From IMG/VR virus record IMGVR_UViG_3300044506_000040: a stretch of 64,000 bases of DNA. One strand, 5' to 3'. Under the pieces are notes generated by a model. It was not told the origin of the DNA, ran no database searches, and saw only the letters and a program-made list of their open reading frames with translations. The number at the start of each line of letters is the position of its first letter. Position 1 is the stretch's first letter. Source of the DNA: an uncultured virus (IMG/VR IMGVR_UViG_3300044506_000040). Lineage: Duplodnaviria; Heunggongvirae; Uroviricota; Caudoviricetes. The translations under genes were made by a program, and so were the position numbers. Below are positions 40,434 through 48,729 of the stretch, one piece after another.

Positions 40434-41522
40434 ATGAACCAATACAAAAGCGTACTGCGCCAGATCCTGCAAGAGGGGACCTGGGAACCGAATGCCCGCA
40501 CCGGTATCGATACGATCAAGCTGCCCTATCCGGCCGTGATGCGTTTCTACCTGCCCTCGGGCTACCCGGCACTGACCGGACGTCGTGCACCGTTCAAGGC
40601 CGCGAACGGCGAACTCGTCGGTTTCATCCGCGGGGTGACGAGCGCCTTCGACTTCCGGGGCTTGGGCTGCAAGTTCTGGGATCAGAATGCCAATGAGAAC
40701 GCTCAATGGCTCGCCAATGCCTTCCGTAAGGGCACGGACGACCTGGGCGATGTGTACGGTGCGCAATGGCGTCGTTGGCCTGCATTCAAGCTTCTGAAGC
40801 CGACGGATTTCCCGAGCTCGGATGCACATGTCGCTGCCGAAGCGAAACTCGAAGCCGATGGCTGGAAGCGACTCGAAGACCATTCCGGCCGTCAGGTTGG
40901 TCTGGACGAAGATATCTGGTTCAAGGAAATCGATCAACTCGCCGAGTGCGTGCGCAAGATCATCCTGAACCCGTCGGACCGCCGCATCCTGTTCCATGCG
41001 TGGAATCCTGCGAAGCTCGACGAGATCGCCCTGCCGGCCTGTCACCTGCTGTATCAGTTCGTGCCTACGCCGTCGAAGAAGGAACTGGCTCTCTCGGTCA
41101 CGATCCGTTCGAACGACATGCCGCTCGGCTTCCCGTCGAATGTGATGGAAGCAGCGACGCTGCTGGAACTGGTCGCGCGCCTCACGGGCTACAAGGCCAC
41201 GTGGCTCACGATCATCTCCAACGATGCCCACATCTATCGCAACCAGATGGATATGGTCAACGAGTACCTGGAGCGTCCGGTGCAGGATCTCCCGAAACTC
41301 GTGATCAGCGATCGCGTGCCGACGTACCTGGACATGTACGACAATGTCCTCGATGGCGTCATGGCCTGCGAGAACGACCCGCATACGCCGCTGCCGCGTG
41401 AGCGTGCGAACCAGATGATCGCTGATGCGGCGGTTGCCTGGTTGGACAAGGTCGAACCGACTGACTTCTCGCTCGAGGGTTATACCCCGGGTGAGCCGAT
41501 CTCTGCTCCGATGGCGGTGTAA
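40434..41522 (+). CDS. thyA: thymidylate synthase
   Basis: RTGIDT, DLGDVYGAQWRRW, NPSDRR, ALPACH, RSND, PSN, DAHIY. Confidence 0.95.
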   Translation: MNQYKSVLRQILQEGTWEPNARTGIDTIKLPYPAVMRFYLPSGYPALTGRRAPFKAANGELVGFIRGVTSAFDFRGLGCKFWDQNANENAQWLANAFRKGTDDLGDVYGAQWRRWPAFKLLKPTDFPSSDAHVAAEAKLEADGWKRLEDHSGRQVGLDEDIWFKEIDQLAECVRKIILNPSDRRILFHAWNPAKLDEIALPACHLLYQFVPTPSKKELALSVTIRSNDMPLGFPSNVMEAATLLELVARLTGYKATWLTIISNDAHIYRNQMDMVNEYLERPVQDLPKLVISDRVPTYLDMYDNVLDGVMACENDPHTPLPRERANQMIADAAVAWLDKVEPTDFSLEGYTPGEPISAPMAV

Positions 41523-41524
41523 TC

Positions 41525-41911
41525 ATGGCACGTTCGTCTCCGGTGGGTGAACAGATCCTCGCTCTCTATAAGCAAGAAGAGGGCAAGCCCGCGAAGCGCT
41601 TTACGCTGCGCCAACTCCAGGACATCCTGGACCATCTCGATCCGCAAAGCGTGAAGTCAGCGCTCGAACGGCTGCGCGGCATGGATGGTGGTACGCGTCA
41701 GTTGCGTGCTGTTGGCTACGCGACGCAGGTGGGTCATGGTGGTAAACCGCAGCCGATCCTGGTGCTCGGCACGGAACCCGATGTACCGAAGACCGAAGAG
41801 TTTGTCGAGGATACGTCCTTGGCAGACATTCGCCGATTGAACGAGAAACGTGCGCGGCATCAGCAGCGCATGGTCCAGAAGGAGCTCGACGCGATCGACA
41901 ACTACATGTAA
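41525..41911 (+). CDS. putative winged-HTH protein, paralogue 1
   Basis: ...GHGGKPQPILVLGTEPDVP. Confidence 0.6.
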   Translation: MARSSPVGEQILALYKQEEGKPAKRFTLRQLQDILDHLDPQSVKSALERLRGMDGGTRQLRAVGYATQVGHGGKPQPILVLGTEPDVPKTEEFVEDTSLADIRRLNEKRARHQQRMVQKELDAIDNYM

Positions 41912-41919
41912 GTGTAGAG

Positions 41920-41955
41920 GGACCCGGGGAAACTCGGGTCTCCGTTTTATGCCGT
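41920..41955 (+). terminator. hairpin + TATGCCG element
   Basis: gacccggg-gaaa-ctcgggtc-tccgtttt-atgccgt. Confidence 0.65.
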
Positions 41956-41997
41956 AAAAACAACCAATTGGTAAAACTCACTTCATCGGGATAGGTT

Positions 41998-42369
41998 ATG
42001 AAGGTGCAACACGGCATCAGCGACATTCTGAATCAGATCGATGATCTGTATTCGGAAGTGTTGGAGCGTATTGAAGAAGGCCATGAGTTGAGTCCGGCTG
42101 ACGTGAAGAAGTTGGCGCGTCTGTCTAAGCGCGTGCAGGAAGTGCGCGACTTGGAGATTGTGCTCGACACCACGACCAACAATACCGTTCCGGCTAAGAA
42201 GTGGGGGATCAGCCAGGCACGTGTTTCGCAGATCCGAATTAGCCAAGGTGGGATGCGCAAGATTGCCGAGCGCATGAAAGGAAGGGCTGTACAGCCTCAC
42301 GCAATGTTCCGAACCGAGAATGCCCAATCCAGCAATACTGAAGGGTCGAATCTATCAAGTGCTTCATGA
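41998..42369 (+). CDS. HTH DNA-binding protein
   Basis: PAKKWGISQARVSQIR helix-turn-helix. Confidence 0.6.
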   Translation: MKVQHGISDILNQIDDLYSEVLERIEEGHELSPADVKKLARLSKRVQEVRDLEIVLDTTTNNTVPAKKWGISQARVSQIRISQGGMRKIAERMKGRAVQPHAMFRTENAQSSNTEGSNLSSAS

Positions 42370-42886
42370 GCAGGGTCCGCTCACTTATGAAGGCATTGGG
42401 AAGTACATGCTGGATGTGCCGGTCAACCGGATTCAGTGGTGTATTCAAGAAGACCGTCGCAAGAAAGAGAAGCGGATATTTCGAGTCCATGACTGGGATC
42501 GTCACGTCGGTAAGAGTGGCGCCCTGTCGCCGATCATAGGTCTTGGCAATGAAGAGGATGCCGAGCACCCAGATCTAAAGCAATCCCGTACCGAGGCTGT
42601 CAATCGGTACAATCACGAGATGGCGCTCTCCCGTCCGGAGCGTCGTCTTAGCAAGGAAGAACAAGAAGCCATTCGTGAACAAAAGCGTGCTGAGCGAGAA
42701 GCCGCACGTGAAGAGGCACAGCAAGCCGAAGCGCGTGCTGTGAATGTGTTTGCGAATATGTTCATGCCTGTGGCGCCTGTAGAAGTCAAAGGCACCACGT
42801 CCCGTCAATACCGCACTTCGAATCAAGAACCAACGAAACATGCCAAGAACAAACAAGACGTACGAACGCATCCGTCAGCTGATTGA
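42320..42886 (+). CDS. putative winged-HTH protein, paralogue 2
   Basis: ...GKSGALSPIIGLGNEEDAEHP. Confidence 0.6.
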   Translation: MPNPAILKGRIYQVLHEQGPLTYEGIGKYMLDVPVNRIQWCIQEDRRKKEKRIFRVHDWDRHVGKSGALSPIIGLGNEEDAEHPDLKQSRTEAVNRYNHEMALSRPERRLSKEEQEAIREQKRAEREAAREEAQQAEARAVNVFANMFMPVAPVEVKGTTSRQYRTSNQEPTKHAKNKQDVRTHPSAD

Positions 42887-43352
42887 AACCAAGGGTCGCC
42901 CCCAATCCCTGGACGCCATTCGTAAGGCGATTCCCGATCGGGGTGACCGTGCGATCAGCGAGGCGATTGCTCAAGCCGTGGGACGCCGAGAAGGCCACAC
43001 GCAGACGCTTTACATCATCCGCTACAAGCCACAGCGTGGCAAGGGTGGTGTGCCGCAGCCTGTGATCGCGATCGGTGTCAAGCCCAACGCGGAGATGCCG
43101 AAGACCAATCGCTACGAGATCGAAAAGCGTTACCGGGATCAGCCGAAGAACTACGAGCGGATCCTGGCGAATAACCGCCGCGCACGTCGTAAGAAGACCG
43201 CAGCCAAGAATCAAGGAGTCATGGCCTTTCGTGCATTGGCCACGCCTCCGACACCTGTTAAGCTCGCCGCCGTTGTTGCAGTGCGGCATCAGCTTCAGGA
43301 TGACGAACCGGATCTGCCGGAGCACCGTCGCTACCACCGAAAGGCTGCATAG
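42840..43352 (+). CDS. putative winged-HTH protein, paralogue 3
   Basis: ...GKGGVPQPVIAIGVKPNAEMP. Confidence 0.6.
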   Translation: MPRTNKTYERIRQLIETKGRPQSLDAIRKAIPDRGDRAISEAIAQAVGRREGHTQTLYIIRYKPQRGKGGVPQPVIAIGVKPNAEMPKTNRYEIEKRYRDQPKNYERILANNRRARRKKTAAKNQGVMAFRALATPPTPVKLAAVVAVRHQLQDDEPDLPEHRRYHRKAA

Positions 43353-43398
43353 AGCAGCGCCCCTCCCCGCGATGTCTCCTCGCAGCGTGGAGGGTATT

Positions 43399-43443
43399 TG
43401 CGCCCACTCCCACCACTCCTCCGGGAGTGGGCGTCTTTCTTTA
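43399..43443 (+). terminator. rho-independent terminator
   Basis: cgcccactccc...gggagtgggcg-tctttcttt. Confidence 0.65.
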
Positions 43444-43515
43444 ATAGGAGACAGGTAAAGAAATACCTTAGTTGAAAATTCCATGATGGACCGGAATAAC
43501 CAACTAGGATGCGGA

Positions 43516-44748
43516 ATGAATAAACCGATTCACATTGAAGGACGGGGAAAGAAGAAGGACCGTCGTCAGAATAACAACACGCCCGATCAAGAACTCAAGG
43601 AAACACTCCAGGGTTCGAACGCGGAAGTCGCGGAACGGGCAGGCATTTCCGAAGAAGCCGCGGCTGAAGGTCGCGCCACCATCGTGAACGCGGCACCTGG
43701 CTACAAGCTGGGCGGTCAACCGTTCGTGCCGATGGGTGCAGATCCGGCTACGTATCAGGGTCCGGGCGAAGACATCAACAAGGACGTCTCGTCGAATCAA
43801 TCGTCGGATCCGATCATCGCGGGTCTGGCCGCGTCGCCCGAAGGCGCCTCGCCGGCAGAAATCGCTGAAGTCATGCTCAGCAACGTGACGCCCGAAGACG
43901 GCGCGATCCTGCGCGAACAGTACGAGGAAGTCAACGGCATCACGTCGGACCGCCCGTCGCCGCCGATCGTCGCCTCGATCGATATGCATGCGGGCAATCA
44001 CGTACCGCTCGAACCCCTGCAAGGTTTCCATCCGGCAGGCAATGCTGCGTTCCTCGGCCTCCTGTCGCAAGCCTACGACGTCGTCGCCAAGGGTCTGCCC
44101 GACGATATGGACACGTATCGCCATCACCTGCTCTTCAAGTTGGCCGGTGTGCAGTTCCAGAAGAACCCGGGTAGCTACTCGGACTTCGTGACGAACACGC
44201 CGTACTACTCGCGCAACCTGGTGCTCTTCGTGCGCCGTCTGCCGAAGTCGATTCCGGGTGTCTCGCCGGAGATGATCAAGCGTACGCTCGAACTGCATCC
44301 GCGCGAAATCGACGGGCTGGAGCGGGGCTTCGAATTGAAGTCGCGCGACATGAACAACAAGCAACAGCGCTTCGTGCCGAACGACTCGAAGGTCAGCATG
44401 GCTTTCGGCGAGAAGTACGGTCGCCCGATTGGCGAGATGTTCGAAGCGTGGGGCCTGCAAGTGGCGCAAGTCGGCGTGAACGACAACACCACGATCGAGT
44501 TCATGCTGGTCGAACCGGACGCCACGCATACGGCTGTGCAAGACGCATGGCTCTGTAGCGACATGTTCCCGGGCGTGGTCGACACCGACGGTGCCAAGCG
44601 CGATCTGGCCAGCAAGCGGGACCCGGGGTCGGTCGGCGTACGCTGGTACGGTCACGTTGTGCGCGGTCAAGAGATCCGCCAACAAGCGCTCGAACTGCTC
44701 ACGGCGTTTAACGCCCAGGGCGAGATCATCCTGGCAGGTCAGCAATGA
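43516..44748 (+). CDS. tail-tube-like protein (phiKZ gp30-like C-terminal domain) with acidic N-terminal extension
   Basis: NTPYYSRNLV, LELHPREIDGL, EKYGRPI, FMLVEPDAT...VQDAWLCSDMFP...GAKRDL. Confidence 0.6.
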   Translation: MNKPIHIEGRGKKKDRRQNNNTPDQELKETLQGSNAEVAERAGISEEAAAEGRATIVNAAPGYKLGGQPFVPMGADPATYQGPGEDINKDVSSNQSSDPIIAGLAASPEGASPAEIAEVMLSNVTPEDGAILREQYEEVNGITSDRPSPPIVASIDMHAGNHVPLEPLQGFHPAGNAAFLGLLSQAYDVVAKGLPDDMDTYRHHLLFKLAGVQFQKNPGSYSDFVTNTPYYSRNLVLFVRRLPKSIPGVSPEMIKRTLELHPREIDGLERGFELKSRDMNNKQQRFVPNDSKVSMAFGEKYGRPIGEMFEAWGLQVAQVGVNDNTTIEFMLVEPDATHTAVQDAWLCSDMFPGVVDTDGAKRDLASKRDPGSVGVRWYGHVVRGQEIRQQALELLTAFNAQGEIILAGQQ

Positions 44749-45095
44749 TTGCGGCCTTCCACAGCAACTTCGCAGTCACCATGTGGTGGCTGCTGGTCTT
44801 CCATGCGGTCGCAGATTTCTGGGCACAGAGCGACTTCATGGCGATGGCCAAGAATCACAACACGCCGGTCGGGAAGCTCTTCTGGCCGTACGCGTTGGGA
44901 GCACACGCCCTGATTCATGGGGCGTTTGTAGTACTGGTAACAGGCTACGTTTGGATGGGTGTTGCAGAGGCGATCTGTCACGCGTTGATAGATCGTGTGA
45001 AGTGCAATGAGAAGATTTCGTTGCACGTCGATCAAGCCTTGCACTTCCTGTGCAAGCTCCTGTGGGCATTTATTCTGCTGAGACTGTTACCATGA
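44745..45095 (+). CDS. DUF3307-type membrane protein
   Basis: HAVADFWAQ...MAK...HALIHG...HALID...DQALH. Confidence 0.8.
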   Translation: MIAAFHSNFAVTMWWLLVFHAVADFWAQSDFMAMAKNHNTPVGKLFWPYALGAHALIHGAFVVLVTGYVWMGVAEAICHALIDRVKCNEKISLHVDQALHFLCKLLWAFILLRLLP

Positions 45096-45463
45096 GCAAT
45101 GATGATCGTCCGAAGTTTAGCGTTGTCTCCAACGATGATATCGAGGTGAGTGATCTGGGGGTTTTAACTCGCCGCGTGACCCTTGACGAAGAAGACGGTT
45201 CCCTCGACTTTATGGCGGGAATCTACGTCGGCACGATCATCACGCAGTTGCAGCAAGCCAGGTTCGCAGGCATGGAGTACGACCAGCTCCACCCAATGCC
45301 TGCGGCCAAGAGCCACCTCAAGGTCGTCGAGCGTATGGCTGAACACTTCCGGGCAACCGTGGAGTTCGAACAGATGACCGAGGACAGTGAGATGGTCTGG
45401 TGTAGTTTTGAAAACAAACGAATCACCATGGCCGTGGTGAACCCTAAAACCAAGCATGAATAA
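45092..45463 (+). CDS. hypothetical protein
   Basis: ATGA overlap; MSNDDRPKFSVV... Confidence 0.65.
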   Translation: MSNDDRPKFSVVSNDDIEVSDLGVLTRRVTLDEEDGSLDFMAGIYVGTIITQLQQARFAGMEYDQLHPMPAAKSHLKVVERMAEHFRATVEFEQMTEDSEMVWCSFENKRITMAVVNPKTKHE

Positions 45464-45475
45464 CAGGAAGCAAGA

Positions 45476-45925
45476 ATGAACGAAAATCTGTTGGGCTGGC
45501 ATCAGTTCGGTGGACGGATCATTCCTAAGCGAGCACTCGAAGGCTTGATTGCTGGCGCAGAAGTCTCGCCCACCCGATTGCAGGTCGGCCAGGCGGTGAA
45601 AGTGAAGATCACGGATAACGATGTCACAACCTTCGCGGACGCCGTTGTACTTGATTTTAGCATCAGTAAGGGCAAGGCCGTATCGTACTCGCTGGCGTTT
45701 CCGATGGACGATAAGGAACTCTTCTACTTGGTCGTAGAGGACTTCAACGGCGCGGGCGGGTTTGCGCAACTTGGTCATCTGTTTGGGACCGAAGAGACCG
45801 CAACCGGTTCGTGTATTTACACGCTCGCCGAATATGCACTGTATTTCCGTCAGTTGGCACCGACACTTCCCGTGGACAAGGCTCCCGGCACCGTGTCGCA
45901 TCTGCGGCTTGTGAACGGCGTGTGA
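45476..45925 (+). CDS. hypothetical protein
   Basis: 149 aa, ends HLRLVNGV. Confidence 0.65.
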   Translation: MNENLLGWHQFGGRIIPKRALEGLIAGAEVSPTRLQVGQAVKVKITDNDVTTFADAVVLDFSISKGKAVSYSLAFPMDDKELFYLVVEDFNGAGGFAQLGHLFGTEETATGSCIYTLAEYALYFRQLAPTLPVDKAPGTVSHLRLVNGV

Positions 45926-45971
45926 AGCAGTAAAGGCAAAGCAACGACAAGAGCATAAAAACTAATTAGAA

Positions 45972-46532
45972 ATGGCCTACCATAAAGAACGAGAAGGACG
46001 CCAAGAGTACCCCGACTATTACCCTGCGTGGCTCGCCATGAATCGGCGATGCAACAACAAGCGGAATCGGGAGTACAAGGATTATGGCGGCAAAGGTGTC
46101 AAGGTTTGTCAAGCCTGGCACTTTGAGAACGATAAGGGTTATCTGAACTACGTGAACTGGATCATGACGCAGCCGGACTGGCGGAAGTTGAAGCTCGGTT
46201 CGGTGGTCGCACGAAAGGAGATGGTTGGAGACTACACTCCCGAGAACTGCGAGATCGTCACACGCCAAGTTTCCTCGCAACGGCGCCGCACTGCTGACTT
46301 CACCCCGGAGTTGGTGGTGGAAGCTCGCCGCTACGTACGTCAGAACCCAACAGTAACGCTCAATGATCTCCGCGACCGGTATGGCTTTGGTACTCAGGCT
46401 AACTGGTCGCGGATGCTTTCTGGGCGTGGCTGGGATAACATCAACGCTATCGAACCGCCCGTGGATCTGCGCGGGCTTCGACGGGAACAGAAAACAAAAC
46501 GACAGGACCAACCGATCTGTGAGCTGGCTTGA
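45972..46532 (+). CDS. HNH-type homing-endonuclease-like protein with C-terminal HTH
   Basis: WLAMNRRCNN...YKDYGGKGVKVC..W, GDYTPENC. Confidence 0.7.
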   Translation: MAYHKEREGRQEYPDYYPAWLAMNRRCNNKRNREYKDYGGKGVKVCQAWHFENDKGYLNYVNWIMTQPDWRKLKLGSVVARKEMVGDYTPENCEIVTRQVSSQRRRTADFTPELVVEARRYVRQNPTVTLNDLRDRYGFGTQANWSRMLSGRGWDNINAIEPPVDLRGLRREQKTKRQDQPICELA

Positions 46533-47037
46533 ATTTCTGCCGTTATCAGGGGTGGCTGCGGCTATTGCGGCGACCCTCTGGTTTCAGCAACAAAACGACA
46601 CTATCCCGTACGAGGGTAGCCAACAGCCGATGAGCTTGAAGAAGCTCCTCGTCAATCTGCGATACATTCGCGTAGAGGAATTCCGACACCGTGCCTGTGG
46701 TAGCGTGCAGCTGCTGCGTGGTACGGAGGCGGCCTTTATGCGGCGTTACGCTGGAAAGCGTAAGAAGGGTCGTCCGGAGCATGTGGTCGCTTGTGCGATT
46801 CGTCATCCGAGCGGCGTGATTTATGCAGCCCCCGCACCGGGCCGTCACCATCACCTCATCTGGGCGATGGACGCCTTTGGACATGCGGGTATCGAACACA
46901 CGCGCAAGCAGGGCTTCCTCACAAACACCGGTCGCTTTGTCAACCGCATCACGGGCTTGACGCTCGCGAACGAAGCGAACCAGATCATCAAGAAGCATCC
47001 GAGCTATCGGGAACTCTACACCGAAGACATGTGGTGA
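46519..47037 (+). CDS. conserved phage hypothetical protein
   Basis: VVACAI...RHHH...QGFLTNTGRFVNR...LYTEDMW; start uncertain (46519 or 46630). Confidence 0.65.
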   Translation: MSWLEFLPLSGVAAAIAATLWFQQQNDTIPYEGSQQPMSLKKLLVNLRYIRVEEFRHRACGSVQLLRGTEAAFMRRYAGKRKKGRPEHVVACAIRHPSGVIYAAPAPGRHHHLIWAMDAFGHAGIEHTRKQGFLTNTGRFVNRITGLTLANEANQIIKKHPSYRELYTEDMW

Positions 47038-47096
47038 GCTTTTTTACCGCACGGTTTCATGATCTGGACCGGTATAACCAATAAGGTAAGACCAAC

Positions 47097-48176
47097 ATGA
47101 GCGAGAATTTCTACGAAGAGTTGCGCCAACGCGACTCCGACACGACGCAGCACGACATTGACGGCATCGCCTCGTGCATCGCTGCGATCACCACCAACCT
47201 GGACGCGATCTTCAAGGACAAGCAACTGGCTGTCCCGTTCCAGAAGCTTCAGCAGCAACTGGGTGTGCACCTGGACCGGCTGCGCGAGAAGCGCTTCAGT
47301 GCCTATGACTTCTTCACGGGCAAGGGCACGATCGCACGCAAGCTGCGCGAGCATCTGAAGATGGACGACTGGCTCAATCCCCAGAACCGTCCGCGCAATG
47401 ACGACTCGCGTCGCAACGTCGACCTGACCTTCAACAAGTTCCCGACCAAGGACGAGATGGAGCTCCAGGAACTGGCGGACTTCATCAAGTTGACGCTGCC
47501 GCTGATGGCGGGCACGATCGACGGCCAGGAATGGATCGAAGTCGAGAACAACACGCCGGTGACGAGCCTGAACTCGGGCTTCTACGCGATGAAGTACCCG
47601 AGCGGTCAAGTCAAGGCGCTGATGGTGCTGCGCACGAAGCTGCCGCAATCGAACGTGGGAGTGGTCTACGTGCTCGAAGCCAATCAGGACGAGCGCTTGG
47701 TCTACCATCATCCGGAAGAAAACGAATGGTTCCGCTCGGACTACTCGTTTGCCTTCCCGACGGTGGCCAGCCGTCTGCGTGCGGAACTGGATGAGTTGCT
47801 CAAGCCGTTGGGCTTTACGGTGGACATGAGTGACTTCGACGAACAGATGCAGGCCGTCTTCGACAAGGCGAACTACATCTTCGATCAGTACGAACGCATC
47901 CCGAAGTCGGGTGTGCAGTTCGTGGCGAGCGACAAGGACTTCACGCAGATCACGATTCCCATCGGCGATTTCTACCGTTGGCGTTTCTGCGACACGCGCG
48001 GTCAGTGGCCTTCGCGTTCGATGAAGTTCCTGATCACGGTCGGGGGTAGCATCCAGTCGGCCCAGGTCACGGACATGAACGAATTTAGCCGCCAGAACAT
48101 GGTTAAATCGCTCCACATCGTCTTCGACAACATCTTGGGTGCGTTGGTACCCATGACGGAAGCCGAAGCCTCCTAA
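47097..48176 (+). CDS. hypothetical protein
   Basis: 359-aa ORF with strong codon bias. Confidence 0.8.
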   Translation: MSENFYEELRQRDSDTTQHDIDGIASCIAAITTNLDAIFKDKQLAVPFQKLQQQLGVHLDRLREKRFSAYDFFTGKGTIARKLREHLKMDDWLNPQNRPRNDDSRRNVDLTFNKFPTKDEMELQELADFIKLTLPLMAGTIDGQEWIEVENNTPVTSLNSGFYAMKYPSGQVKALMVLRTKLPQSNVGVVYVLEANQDERLVYHHPEENEWFRSDYSFAFPTVASRLRAELDELLKPLGFTVDMSDFDEQMQAVFDKANYIFDQYERIPKSGVQFVASDKDFTQITIPIGDFYRWRFCDTRGQWPSRSMKFLITVGGSIQSAQVTDMNEFSRQNMVKSLHIVFDNILGALVPMTEAEAS

Positions 48177-48187
48177 GGGGTTTAAAC

Positions 48188-48679
48188 ATGAACCAGCACG
48201 GAAGCGTCTTGGCCTATCTGGGCCACACAGACTTCCCGAGCCATATGTACCGCTCGGAGTTCTGGTATCGCGACGTGTTCTTCGATAGCGTCGAGAAGTT
48301 CATCATGTTCGGCAAGGCCAAGCTCTTCAATGATGAGGCAACCGCGCAAGCGATCCTCAATGCCAGCAATGGCTATCAGTGCAAGGAGATTGGCAAGGGC
48401 GTGATGGGCTTTAACCAGCAAGTCTGGGATGAATGGTCGCCGAAGATTGCACTCGTCGGTAACCGGGAGAAGTACAAGCAGAATCCAGGACTGGCGCAGT
48501 TGCTGATACAGACGCATCCGCTGGTTCTGGCAGAAGGCAGTTGGAATAAGCGGTGGGGGGCGGGCTTCGCGAAGGATGACCCGCGTATTGGCAATCCCGC
48601 GCAGTGGACGGGTGAGAACTTGGGCGGCAACACCGTTATGGTGGTACGCACGGAACTCATGAACGGGTCACTCCGGTAA
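48188..48679 (+). CDS. NADAR family protein (YbiA/DarG1-like)
   Basis: FDSVEKFIMFGKAKLFND, KEIGKGV, GNREKYKQNP, LAEGS...WGAG, GENLGG..MVVR. Confidence 0.85.
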   Translation: MNQHGSVLAYLGHTDFPSHMYRSEFWYRDVFFDSVEKFIMFGKAKLFNDEATAQAILNASNGYQCKEIGKGVMGFNQQVWDEWSPKIALVGNREKYKQNPGLAQLLIQTHPLVLAEGSWNKRWGAGFAKDDPRIGNPAQWTGENLGGNTVMVVRTELMNGSLR

Positions 48680-48685
48680 GCAGTA

Positions 48686-48715
48686 AGAGAGGAGCGTTTT
48701 GCTCCTCTTTTTTTG
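48686..48715 (+). terminator. rho-independent terminator
   Basis: agaggagc-gtttt-gctcctct followed by a T-run. Confidence 0.7.
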
Positions 48716-48729
48716 TCATCATAATTCAA

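Noticed and set aside
40434..41522. ThyA as a dCMP/dUMP hydroxymethylase indicating modified DNA
   Set aside because: It retains canonical PxCH, RSND and the dUMP-specifying Asn (PSN); looks like ordinary ThyA
45972..46532. Intron-encoded endonuclease or self-splicing element
   Set aside because: Free-standing between intact genes; no interrupted host gene evident
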